Shown here: piece after piece, positions 38,149 through 47,407 of the stretch | Numbering within the stretch: position 1 is the first letter of the stretch | Layout of the letters: the number at the start of each line of letters is the position of its first letter | DNA from: a virus | Taxonomy: Duplodnaviria; Caudoviricetes | IMG/VR virus record: IMGVR_UViG_3300025924_000020 | Span: 30,963 to 94,962 of that record | Reading direction: 5' to 3' (one strand) | Length of the DNA: 64,000 nt | Translations under genes and position numbers: made by a program | Notes under the pieces: generated by a model | Seen by the model: the letters and a program-made list of their open reading frames with translations, nothing else | Told to the model about the DNA's origin: nothing | The model's database searches: none

Positions 38149-38504
38149 CGTTTCAAGTCTTTAAGCTTCTTTGGAGATAAATGTAATAGCTCTATCTTCT
38201 CTACACCCTCTCGCCAAGGTATAATTATTTCTGTTCGTTCTGGTATTATGCAGATTATACCTTTTATGCCATGATATGAAATAAGATAAGTAGCTCTGAG
38301 ATGATCAACTTGCTTATATTGTTTACTCCATATGTAATGAGAATGTACAGTAGATTCTTGTAATTTGTACTCAATCTTCCATTTAGTGTAATAGAAATCC
38401 CAAATATAAAACTCTATCGAGTCTTGTTGAATCATTACATAATTCCTAGCTGGGTGTATATCTCCATTCCATGCATATGCAGTAAACCAAATTAAGTATT
38501 TCAT
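38145..38504 (-). CDS. Hypothetical protein
   Basis: 119 aa ORF. Confidence 0.6.
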   Translation of the reverse strand: MKYLIWFTAYAWNGDIHPARNYVMIQQDSIEFYIWDFYYTKWKIEYKLQESTVHSHYIWSKQYKQVDHLRATYLISYHGIKGIICIIPERTEIIIPWREGVEKIELLHLSPKKLKDLKR

Positions 38505-38521
38505 AAGCAGTTGAATTTTAG

Positions 38522-38552
38522 TAAAAAGGGAGAACTGTTTATCCTCCCTTTA
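38522..38552. terminator. Intrinsic terminator
   Basis: aaagggag-aactgtttatc-ctcccttt. Confidence 0.6.
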
Positions 38553-38558
38553 TTGTGA

Positions 38559-38921
38559 TTAAGCTTCTACATCTGCCTCAAGTTCAGCAAGAGTCTTTTT
38601 CAAGAACTCAATCTTCGTCTTGTGAGCAGCTAGATCCTCTTCAGCCTCAGTCACACTATTTTGTGCAGAGATGAGGTTTGATACATAGTAGTTACGATCA
38701 TCAATGAGTTCACCATTGTTAATCTTCGCTCCCTCAAGTGCGTCTTGAGCTTCTTTCACACTCTCTTCTAAATTGATTGTATCACCATCTAGTGATGCAA
38801 TTTGAGATTTGAGTGCTGACTGAGCTTGACGGAAGGTCTTCTCAGCTTGTGCTTGTACGTCATCACCTGTAACTGAGGCAATGAATTGCTTTACAAACGA
38901 TTTGATTGTCGACATGTTCAT
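38559..38921 (-). CDS. Coiled-coil protein
   Basis: 120 aa with heptad pattern. Confidence 0.75.
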   Translation of the reverse strand: MNMSTIKSFVKQFIASVTGDDVQAQAEKTFRQAQSALKSQIASLDGDTINLEESVKEAQDALEGAKINNGELIDDRNYYVSNLISAQNSVTEAEEDLAAHKTKIEFLKKTLAELEADVEA

Positions 38922-40981
38922 CGTATTTTTTGTTTTGAACTACCTCTCACTAGTTCAGTTTTTATTGATTGTACAGGATGGATGAGAGAGTCTATCCTGT
39001 TTTTACTTTTATGTACTTTGGGTAACCGTACCCGTATGGGTGTACTATTACTGCCAGGTGTTGTAGGCTCTAGTGATTTTTCTTCTCTAAAAGCTTTTTG
39101 ATATTTAGGCTTATAGTTCTTAGCAAATTCCTCAAACCCTTCTAAGCGAATCCACACATTAGCGAATCCAGCTATACTAAATGCGAGTATACCATTTTTA
39201 ACTTCTATTTTTACGATACTTGCACTAGGCCAAGTATATGTAGTCCCTGCTACTTCCCATTGTGCTATATACTCATTTGGACCACTAGTGATCCAGGCAT
39301 TAATTGCAGCTATAGATATTTCATCACCAATTTTCAGTTTTGTAGATAACGGTGCTACTTCTGCTTTAGGTGTTCGTGGCACAATTCTGTCCTCTGCCAA
39401 GCATCTATTTAACCAAGAAATTTCTTCTAGAGTAGATAATCTGAATGATCTTTTTTGACTATCATAATAACACCAAGCACCATCTCTAACTAATTGACCA
39501 CTGAGACCATTACAATATGGAACGTTTAAGTAATCAGCTCTACCTCGTTTTCCAGTGTAATCACTTCCATATTCAGGTACAGTTACTCTACCAATCATCA
39601 TGAAATCTGGATGTACATTAGGGTCTGTTACAGTATAATACTTTCCAGCTTCTACTAAAGGTTTGGTAGTGTTCCATTTACTGTATAAAATTCTAGCTTT
39701 TTCTACATTATCCTTACCTTCCAATTTGTTGTATAGATAATAAGGAGTACTCTTACCTTCGTTTATAAAATAAGCTAAATTTGATTCAGTTAAGTTTAAT
39801 GCTTTGGTATTTTCTAACCAAGTTTCAAGACTTAAGCCTTCTTTTTGATTTATGATCTCAGCCCAGCGCCCACTAGCGTAAACACATCCACATCCGCCTG
39901 ATGCATTGTCTTTTGAACCATACCATCTTATGACTCCTACACTGTCTTGCTCTAATTGATTATAGTCAGTGATTGTGCCATTTGTAACTCCATGAAGACA
40001 TTTAAATTGACTTCCAAGTGGATATCTTTTCTTAACTTCTTCCAACCAATCTATTTTGTCACTTTTAATAGGTTCAAATCCAATAGGCATGATCTCATAC
40101 TTTGAGCTATCTGATGGTGTGCAAACATAATCTTTTTGGCTGGTGAAATCTACATAGTAATCGTTATTGTGATTGTACCTACGTTTTAATCGACCATATT
40201 CTCCTTTTTTAACACCACCACCAGCAGGACGATCAACTAAAGCTTTTATCCATCTACCTATAAGATTCTCTTCTTTCATAGCTTCTTCTTTAGTTACGAA
40301 TGCATTAGCTTTTTTACAAGCTAAATACCATTTAATCTCATCTGCAGTAGCTTCTCTTGTATTACAACTAATAGTAGTGAAGTCACCAGTATTATGTCCC
40401 CACCAAGACTTAGTGGTGATATACATATTACTACATGTTCTTCCATCACCACTACATTCGAAGATATATTCGTATGTATTACCTTGTTTACTAAAAGCAT
40501 AGTAATATTTGCCATTTTCTAGAGATGGACGATTACTCCTTGCAGCTTCTTGTTTCAGAAACTCCTCTTTAGTTGCTTCTGAAAAGTGATATGGTATCCA
40601 ACTAGATATATTAGCTCTGAAAACTTCTTTGGTTGGAGCACTTCTAAATTTACTTAAATTATTTAAAGTAGATAACTCAAATATCTCTCCAACATACTCG
40701 TTATTAATTGACCAATTGTTACCCTTCAATTTAACATATTCTGCAGGAAACTTGATATCTGAGAATTCGTAGATGGTGTATCCAAGACCTTTATAATTAG
40801 ACGCCATACCCCACCCACCAGAACCACCAACTAAATAATGGTCGTGAGTGCTGCTGTAATTAGACACCTCTGGTCTTGATATTTTAAGTTTAGCGTGTTG
40901 CTCTTGATTATATACATGGACTACATCCATGTATTTTAAATCTTCTACTTTCTTAGTCATAGTTAATTGATTAGATACCAA
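38918..40981 (-). CDS. Large modular hypothetical protein (likely start MTKKVE at 40960)
   Basis: 687 aa; recurring GKYY..R.AT.(D/E)EI.W modules. Confidence 0.75.
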   Translation of the reverse strand: MVSNQLTMTKKVEDLKYMDVVHVYNQEQHAKLKISRPEVSNYSSTHDHYLVGGSGGWGMASNYKGLGYTIYEFSDIKFPAEYVKLKGNNWSINNEYVGEIFELSTLNNLSKFRSAPTKEVFRANISSWIPYHFSEATKEEFLKQEAARSNRPSLENGKYYYAFSKQGNTYEYIFECSGDGRTCSNMYITTKSWWGHNTGDFTTISCNTREATADEIKWYLACKKANAFVTKEEAMKEENLIGRWIKALVDRPAGGGVKKGEYGRLKRRYNHNNDYYVDFTSQKDYVCTPSDSSKYEIMPIGFEPIKSDKIDWLEEVKKRYPLGSQFKCLHGVTNGTITDYNQLEQDSVGVIRWYGSKDNASGGCGCVYASGRWAEIINQKEGLSLETWLENTKALNLTESNLAYFINEGKSTPYYLYNKLEGKDNVEKARILYSKWNTTKPLVEAGKYYTVTDPNVHPDFMMIGRVTVPEYGSDYTGKRGRADYLNVPYCNGLSGQLVRDGAWCYYDSQKRSFRLSTLEEISWLNRCLAEDRIVPRTPKAEVAPLSTKLKIGDEISIAAINAWITSGPNEYIAQWEVAGTTYTWPSASIVKIEVKNGILAFSIAGFANVWIRLEGFEEFAKNYKPKYQKAFREEKSLEPTTPGSNSTPIRVRLPKVHKSKNRIDSLIHPVQSIKTELVRGSSKQKIR

Positions 40982-41081
40982 ATAATAATTGTTACTACTG
41001 GTACTGCTAATTGTATAGCATGTACTAATTCAAATTTCTTTTTCATAGCTTTGACGTTTTTAGTTTAATTTTCTTAAGAAT

Positions 41082-41396
41082 AATAATTATCACAGATCAC
41101 AGACTCTTGTATAATAGTTCTGTTACGTGTTTAGGTGCACTAAACAACCACCAATAGTAATCCCTACTCTCAGCTTATACGCTTTCGGTTTCCTAGAGGA
41201 CTCTGGTTTACGATTTTAGTTAGATAACAATTATTTAATGAGATTTGTGGTACGAGTGTTCTCGACTTTGTTTTATGAGAGTTTGGAGCACACAACTTTC
41301 TGTCTTCTCTCTTATTAAGGCATTTCATGTATAATGACCTTATCTAGCAGTTTTAACACCTTCGTGAGCTAGCATTATACAAATAGTACCACAAAT
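41082..41396 (-). ncRNA. Two tandem putative structured RNA modules
   Basis: aataatt/aattatt (41082-41235); perfect 11-bp atttgtggtac/gtaccacaaat (41243-41396) with internal tgtataatg/cattataca. Confidence 0.45.
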
Positions 41397-41400
41397 ATTT

Positions 41401-41613
41401 TTACTTAACGTTTAAGGGTTTTTCTCCATTTCTAGAGATAACAAAAAATGTACCTTTTGGATTAGTACTCTTTTGTTCTAAGATTCTTTTATTCGATAAT
41501 GCTAAAGCATATTGTTGATTGTAATAATGCGTTTGTACCCATCTAGGTTTTACTCCTGGTACACCTGATGCTAAAAATTCATGTACATCCCACATTGTAG
41601 GTGTTCTACTCAT
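41401..41613 (-). CDS. Hypothetical protein
   Basis: 70 aa ORF. Confidence 0.6.
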   Translation of the reverse strand: MSRTPTMWDVHEFLASGVPGVKPRWVQTHYYNQQYALALSNKRILEQKSTNPKGTFFVISRNGEKPLNVK

Positions 41614-42074
41614 TATCGAGTGAATGAAATATTATTCAAAGTAGATTGATTAGCACCTGATGATATGTAGTCTGAATAGCCTATAATCATCTGATTTACA
41701 GATAGTTGTGTATAATCAGTATTAACTGAATATGTATACAACCCTACTGCACTACTATTGGAAATATTGAATATTAAATCGTTAGCTGTTAATGGTAGCA
41801 CATTTTTTGATTTGAATGTTTTGTTATTGTATGTTAGATAACAATTTTTAGCCCACTGTGTGACTAACAGATTTGGTAACTGTACTGTACTATCAATTAC
41901 TGTAAATTTAATTGTGAAGCTAGAGTCTTTATAATTCCAATCTCCAATCGCTGAAGTGTAAACTTTAATAGCTTGTTTTTGAGGTGTTACCTCTTGTTTT
42001 GTGCAGCTTATTGTTAGTAACAACACTACTGTTAATATAAATGTTTTCATAATTAAAGATTTTGTTTTAACCAT
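41613..42074 (-). CDS. Putative lipoprotein (likely start MKTFIL)
   Basis: Signal peptide with lipobox-like LTISC. Confidence 0.65.
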   Translation of the reverse strand: MVKTKSLIMKTFILTVVLLLTISCTKQEVTPQKQAIKVYTSAIGDWNYKDSSFTIKFTVIDSTVQLPNLLVTQWAKNCYLTYNNKTFKSKNVLPLTANDLIFNISNSSAVGLYTYSVNTDYTQLSVNQMIIGYSDYISSGANQSTLNNISFTR

Positions 42075-42238
42075 TCGCCTAAAGCGGGTGAAATAACTAC
42101 ATCATGTTCTTCTAGAGCATATTTCATTATCAATTTTTCCACCTCTTCCCTATTCCAACTTTCTTTTACTCTTTTAATTGTGATGGTGTTGTCTTTTGGG
42201 TTCACACGGAGCCTGTATCTTTTTTCTTGATTTTCCAT
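42053..42238 (-). CDS. Probable C-terminal fragment of the gene split by the GIY-YIG insertion
   Basis: LRVNPKDNTITIK..ESWNREEV..WLKQNL. Confidence 0.6.
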   Translation of the reverse strand: MENQEKRYRLRVNPKDNTITIKRVKESWNREEVEKLIMKYALEEHDVVISPALGEWLKQNL

Positions 42239-42831
42239 TTTGGTGGTATTTTAAATTCTCCTAATGATTGCCAAGTCCTACCTTCTCTTATTTGTTGAAT
42301 AGTAGCTTTCGAAACATTGAAAAGTTTTGATATTTTAGAACTAGAATTCCCATCTAGAATTAACTTTCTTATTTCTAACACTTGTTCAGCAGTTAGTTTA
42401 TTGTTACAAGTCCCTCTTTTAAATCCTTTTATAGGGTGAATATTTACTTTGTAATAATCTTTTAAAGAATTGGATATTTGAGACTTAACAGTATCGCTTC
42501 TTACTTTTCCCTTCATTCTATTTTTAGTAGATTCTGAAAGCTTCCCACTTTTATCTAATGTAGAAGTAAGTAGACAATTTAAACCTTTATCCATGACATG
42601 ATAGAAATCTTGCCAATAACGCTCTTTAGTATTCAATTCACCCTCTAAACACTCCTCAATAAACTCGAAAGTATGATTATCTATACCATATTTTCTAAAA
42701 GAATAGTACAATTTTCTCTGATTCTTAGAGTTATTGATGTTTTGATATTGTGAATATCTCTGTGTGTAATCAAGTGTTTGACCTACATAGATCCTATTTT
42801 TAGGGCTAGTGATCTTATATATCCCTATCAT
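42202..42831 (-). CDS. GIY-YIG homing endonuclease with a C-terminal HTH
   Basis: GIYKITSP..IYVGQT, KYG..F..IE, ERYW, GLN; KLT..QVLEIR..FNVSKATI. Confidence 0.9.
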   Translation of the reverse strand: MIGIYKITSPKNRIYVGQTLDYTQRYSQYQNINNSKNQRKLYYSFRKYGIDNHTFEFIEECLEGELNTKERYWQDFYHVMDKGLNCLLTSTLDKSGKLSESTKNRMKGKVRSDTVKSQISNSLKDYYKVNIHPIKGFKRGTCNNKLTAEQVLEIRKLILDGNSSSKISKLFNVSKATIQQIREGRTWQSLGEFKIPPKWKIKKKDTGSV

Positions 42832-42835
42832 GGCA

Positions 42836-42843
42836 CAAAGTTA
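42836..42843 (-). promoter_or_regulatory. Bacteroidota -7 element TAACTTTG, 4 nt before ATG
   Basis: Matches TAnnTTTG. Confidence 0.7.
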
Positions 42844-43335
42844 CTAATACTCCTCGTATTCCACAAGAACTTCCTTTATCTGATGACCCTTATTGTATTC
42901 TCTCACGAATACTTCTAGGAATGATTGAGAAGGTTGCGGAAGCGATTTAGTATGTAAAACTTCACATCCTTCTTTATTATCAGGACAAGGAATAATTACT
43001 TTCAATGAACTATCTGTTGTAGCTATAATTTTATGACATACTTCTTTTCCCCAAGCATCTTTTAATTTGCTTTTCGGTTTTATATATCCAAAGCTTTCTA
43101 TTTTATCACATTGATAAATAGTGAGCTGAGTATCTATTTTAAGAACAAACCAATCTCCTTCTTTTATCTCTTCATCTGAAAGGAAATAGAGATGTTGTAT
43201 CTTTTGACTATCTAAATAGTATTTTCTTGTTTGAGATAATCCTATTGTACCATCTTGATTCTTATATATTAAATGGTCTTTTGCTTTTTCATTAGTTGGT
43301 AGCATGACCAACTGTACCTTTTTAAGTGTAGACAT
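42844..43335 (-). CDS. Bacteroidota-phage conserved protein, probable N-terminal fragment
   Basis: VMLPT..QHLYFLSDEEIKEGDW..KIIATTD..PQPSQSF..VLVEYE. Confidence 0.7.
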   Translation of the reverse strand: MSTLKKVQLVMLPTNEKAKDHLIYKNQDGTIGLSQTRKYYLDSQKIQHLYFLSDEEIKEGDWFVLKIDTQLTIYQCDKIESFGYIKPKSKLKDAWGKEVCHKIIATTDSSLKVIIPCPDNKEGCEVLHTKSLPQPSQSFLEVFVREYNKGHQIKEVLVEYEEY

Positions 43336-43346
43336 AGCTTTTACTT

Positions 43347-43826
43347 TTAAAGTTTGTTTAAGTAATTATCTTGTATTTTCTTGGCTTCTTCTTGATCTTT
43401 ATGGTAACCTATTATCTTACGTTTACCATTTTCCATCACACTAATTCTCCAAGTCTTACTTTTCTTTATCCAATTAATGTGATTATATCTAAATTCTCCA
43501 TTAGGTTTAACTTTCTTATGATATCTAAGTAGATTATCTCTATCTGTTAAATATCTAAGATTATCAAATCTAGGATTCATTTTATCCTCATCTATATGAT
43601 CTATTGGTAAGTCTAATACTTCACCAAAAGTTCTCATTACAAGTGTATGTATAGTTTTAGAATAAGATTTATTATCTTTTCTAAGAACAACTTCGGGATA
43701 ACCCTCAGATGTTACTCTGGACACACTCAGTTTCTTTTGCTTGCTCCATTTGAGAGATAGCACATATCCATAATTACTAATTAAGTAATCAGGAAATCCT
43801 TCAATAGGTTTAATTTCTTCATTCAT
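43347..43826 (-). CDS. NUMOD4-HNH homing endonuclease with an AP2-like tail
   Basis: IEGFPDYLISNYG, IHTLV, IDHIDEDKMN..DNL..N. Confidence 0.88.
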   Translation of the reverse strand: MNEEIKPIEGFPDYLISNYGYVLSLKWSKQKKLSVSRVTSEGYPEVVLRKDNKSYSKTIHTLVMRTFGEVLDLPIDHIDEDKMNPRFDNLRYLTDRDNLLRYHKKVKPNGEFRYNHINWIKKSKTWRISVMENGKRKIIGYHKDQEEAKKIQDNYLNKL

Positions 43827-43830
43827 AATA

Positions 43831-43838
43831 CAAATTTA
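43831..43838 (-). promoter_or_regulatory. Bacteroidota -7 element TAAATTTG, 4 nt before ATG
   Basis: Matches TAnnTTTG. Confidence 0.7.
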
Positions 43839-43841
43839 AGT

Positions 43842-43866
43842 AAAAAGTAGGATTTCTCCTACTTTT
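43842..43866. terminator. Intrinsic terminator
   Basis: aaaagtagga-tttc-tcctactttt. Confidence 0.65.
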
Positions 43867-44037
43867 CCTTCTCAAAATCCACTTATGTATATTTACCTAT
43901 CCAGGACGTTTACACCATTTCAGGTGACATATACTGTAAGTGTTGCTGCTTTGAAACAGCGATCTTGATAGTCTTTAATCCGCTCCGTAATTTGTCCAAA
44001 CACAATACGCACAAGCTAATGAGTATGTTGGTACTTG

Positions 44038-44391
44038 CTAGGATTGACTTCCAGGTCCATTCCAATAAATACAGTAAGATACTGCCGATCCATCAGCGCT
44101 TGTCACAGTAGATTGATCGTACGCACCACTAGGACATGGAGGAGGCATTCTAAATGCACTTGCCTCACTGCCATCTGGTGCTATCTCTAGCAATACAGGC
44201 ACGTTCTTTTGTGCAATTGTCACTTCATGCTTCAATTGCAGGAAATCAATAGCTACAGTCTGTGGTTGTTGAAAAGCAGCAAATGCAATCTGGTTATCGT
44301 CCAGTTTGATCTGGTTTCCTTCAATTGTTTGTGATACCCCTACGAATGCAATCAACGCAAAGAGGAATGAGAAAATAAATTTAGTCTTCAT
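44038..44391 (-). CDS. Secreted/periplasmic protein
   Basis: Signal peptide MKTKFIFSFLFALIAFVGVS|Q; two Cys. Confidence 0.65.
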   Translation of the reverse strand: MKTKFIFSFLFALIAFVGVSQTIEGNQIKLDDNQIAFAAFQQPQTVAIDFLQLKHEVTIAQKNVPVLLEIAPDGSEASAFRMPPPCPSGAYDQSTVTSADGSAVSYCIYWNGPGSQS

Positions 44392-44438
44392 AGTTTATTA
44401 TGTACAGATACGCTGCACCCCGTTTTTAAATTATAGGT

Positions 44439-44666
44439 TTATACTTTGTTAATTTTTTCTGCTGTCTTTTTACTTACAGTAAATACTACACCTGTTTTCC
44501 TATACATAATAGCAACATCTTCTACAACTAATTGCATTAATGCTGATAGTTTTCTTCTTTTAGATAAGGACATATCATCCCATGTTTTCCTCGTCTCCTC
44601 ATCTATTCTTATCTGTGGAAGGGTGTGTGTAAGTTTATTCATAACAATTCTTTTAATACCGTGCAA
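44439..44666 (-). CDS. Small ribbon-helix-helix-like DNA-binding protein
   Basis: LPQIRIDEETR strand-helix pattern; divergent from 44789. Confidence 0.45.
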   Translation of the reverse strand: MHGIKRIVMNKLTHTLPQIRIDEETRKTWDDMSLSKRRKLSALMQLVVEDVAIMYRKTGVVFTVSKKTAEKINKV

Positions 44667-44788
44667 GTTAATTCATCTTATTGTATAAAGTGTTACATAT
44701 TTCACAGTATACAAAAGATACATTATATACACGATAGTTCTAGTTCATTGTCTTAAAATCAACTATATTCGTATAAAAATAAGAAGAA

Positions 44789-45337
44789 ATGGACGTAACA
44801 GTAACAGGGGCAACTCCATCCACAGATCATAATCGTGGATATGAATTTGCCAAAGTCGAAGCAGACTTAAAATCAGCTATCTTTGCTGCTCAAACAGCAT
44901 TGGAAAATACATTATCTAGAAATGCTGCTACTGCGGCTAAAGATTCAGCAGATGTATTGTATCGTTTGCATGATAATATGCGTAATGTAGGAGATTCAAT
45001 TATAACCTCAAGTAATCTAACTCAAGCTAAAGTAGCTGAGCTTCAATTCTCAGTAGCTAGTCAATTTGCAATTGCAGCATTGGCAGCTGAAAAGAATAAA
45101 TCTGAAATACTTGCAGCTGTGGCAGCTACAGAGCTACGTAAAGTTCAAGATCAACTTGATGAAAAGAGGGAAGAAAATGAGCATTATAAGGCTTCTGTGT
45201 CATTCGGTGATAAATTTGCTGCAATACAGAGTCAACTGAATAGTTTAGATCAAATTCAACGTTCTACTAATCAAGCCATTAATTTTGGATCGGGTATAGT
45301 AGGGCCTCAAAGTTCTACTTCTAATCAAGTTAGATAA
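44789..45337 (+). CDS. Ala-rich coiled-coil protein, lone plus-strand gene
   Basis: 182 aa; own leader and terminator. Confidence 0.75.
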   Translation: MDVTVTGATPSTDHNRGYEFAKVEADLKSAIFAAQTALENTLSRNAATAAKDSADVLYRLHDNMRNVGDSIITSSNLTQAKVAELQFSVASQFAIAALAAEKNKSEILAAVAATELRKVQDQLDEKREENEHYKASVSFGDKFAAIQSQLNSLDQIQRSTNQAINFGSGIVGPQSSTSNQVR

Positions 45338-45359
45338 AAGATCGTGTTTGTGTTTAATT

Positions 45360-45391
45360 TAAAAGGATGCTAGTGATAGTATCCTTTTTTA
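45360..45391. terminator. Bidirectional intrinsic terminator
   Basis: aaaaggatgcta-gtga-tagtatcctttt between convergent genes. Confidence 0.75.
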
Positions 45392-45796
45392 ATGTTCTTT
45401 AGATTGTAAACAATGTCCTGCTTCTTTACAGAATGAGCATAGTTGTAGTTTGTTTGAATACCATCCAATTGTTATTGTTGGTATCTTAAGTCCAAATACT
45501 TTGAACAATTCAACTCTATGTTCTTCTGTATGATTCTTTTTGTTGAATCCACCCATACCTACACTCCTTACTCTAATTGTATCGTTCTGTAAACGCCATG
45601 TGTATTTACTATATTCCCAATAACCACCGAATAACACAAAGGATGTAAAATCCCAAGGATGTGTATGGTATTCAGGACTATCATCACCTGTAATTAAGTG
45701 AAATTTAAGGCTACCATTCTTGAAATAGACTGATAGTCTGTATAAGAATGTGGTTCCTTGAGTATTCTTAATGCTTTTGAATTTGAATCGTTTCAT
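45389..45796 (-). CDS. Cupin-fold protein
   Basis: HTHPWDFTSFVLFGGYWE ... HRVEL. Confidence 0.75.
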   Translation of the reverse strand: MKRFKFKSIKNTQGTTFLYRLSVYFKNGSLKFHLITGDDSPEYHTHPWDFTSFVLFGGYWEYSKYTWRLQNDTIRVRSVGMGGFNKKNHTEEHRVELFKVFGLKIPTITIGWYSNKLQLCSFCKEAGHCLQSKEH

Positions 45797-45799
45797 ATT

Positions 45800-47120
45800 T
45801 ATAATGTTAAAAAATACTAATAGTTAAGCTGGATCCTGTGGTTACTCTATAATATATAGTAATAAACTATCGGCTGAATGTATGTCAATTTACCATTACT
45901 TGGTTTGAAACATGTATTATTGTCTACCGTACCCTTGTCTTTACTAGTATCCAGAGGAGTACTCAGTGACAGGTACATACCAAGCACCAATAGTTATATA
46001 AGGATATTGGATTGATTTGGCAATAAATCCATGTAAGCTCTAAAATCTGGGGCCAAAATCCCACAAGTCTTCACATGTAATATCCTTAATGGATTTAAAA
46101 CCCCATACTATTATAGGGGTTTATGGGATTTATTCAGCCCAATTTTCATGATATTAAGGTTTCCCATCATTTTACATGCCACAATCTTAAATAGATTATT
46201 GTGGGTGTATCCTCTAGTTAGGGTTCTAGTGTTACGTTATAATAGTCTGTGATAGGACTATTGGAAATGAAAGGTTGATTGTACAATCAATTAAGTTATC
46301 CATCGTACCTTTTTATGGGCCTTTATGGTAACACCTTTCAAATTGGTATTCTAGAGAATATTAACCTTTAGAATTGGTATTATTTGGGTTGGTTGGTTAA
46401 ACCAGTATTGATTGAATAAACTACGTACAGCTACAGAATAGCTTTATAGTTTATAAATTAGCTTAGTTTGTGGAAATGTTAATAGTATTGTGGATAAGTA
46501 TGGTGTGGTTTCTTACCTCCACTCTCTCATCTCACACACAAATAAATAGGAAAATAACACAGAACAAATCTTAAACTGTATTACTCAGTACATATGATAC
46601 AATAGCAGGCGATCACTTGATTAGTACTATTATTCCTAGATTGTTGGCTTGATACCAAAGAACGTTAGATTTGTTTTTAATATCGTTGATAGAATACGAA
46701 GAATAGAGGCACCAACCTTCATTACATCTTTATAGTAAATATGGCTGCTGATAAGATGTTTCCATCTAATCTTCTATTCACTCACAAGTCCTTGCTTAAA
46801 CTTATGAGTATCAGTGCAAGATTGTTAGTAAAGAATTAGGAACAGGTTCTCCATGCTTACGAGTTATACGTCTATAACTACCTCTCCATTAAGGTTTCCA
46901 ATCCTGATTACAGGATCACTTGTTTGTTCCTAATTCCTTACCTTTAATTCTTATGTACAAAATTGAAATAGATTGGTGGTATATTACCAAGATTGATACC
47001 ACAATAGTATGCTCTGATAGAATACAGCAATTGATGTGCTATCAATGCATTCAATCTATTCCTTCTATGCTTCAGTTGTTTATTCATAGTATTTTGAGTA
47101 TTAGTTAGTTATCCACAAAA
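45800..47120. other. Largely non-coding 1.3 kb region with stem-closed modules and DnaA boxes (candidate origin / ncRNA cluster)
   Basis: No convincing long ORF; several 9-12 bp inverted repeats; TGTGGATAA at 46489 and TTATCCACA at 47109. Confidence 0.5.
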
Positions 47121-47121
47121 C

Positions 47122-47141
47122 AAGAAAAGGGCCGAAGCCCT
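47122..47141 (-). terminator. Intrinsic terminator
   Basis: Minus strand agggc-ttcg-gccct-tttctt (UUCG tetraloop). Confidence 0.8.
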
Positions 47142-47146
47142 AATCC

Positions 47147-47407
47147 TTATGCTGGTTGCTCAATCTCTGTTGATACAACTGGTGTAACTTCGTACAAGCC
47201 GTTTGAACCAGCTCTTGCACCAAACTTAACACCAATCTCACCATTCTGCAGTTTCTCAAGCAATGCAGGAGCTTTCTCTGGATTTACTTCCAAGAAACCA
47301 ACTGTGTTCTTGATGAAACCAAGCTCATCCTCAGAGCTAGTTGCACAACGGATATACGCCTTGCCAGATGTAGCTGAAGGCGTAAGAGAATACTTAATTT
47401 CGTTCAT
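47147..47407 (-). CDS. Small early-type hypothetical protein
   Basis: 86 aa ORF followed by a terminator. Confidence 0.75.
   Translation of the reverse strand: MNEIKYSLTPSATSGKAYIRCATSSEDELGFIKNTVGFLEVNPEKAPALLEKLQNGEIGVKFGARAGSNGLYEVTPVVSTEIEQPA

Noticed and set aside
37089-47120. CRISPR array or tandem repeats in the non-coding gaps
   Set aside because: No repeated direct unit with spacers; the modules share only inverted-repeat architecture
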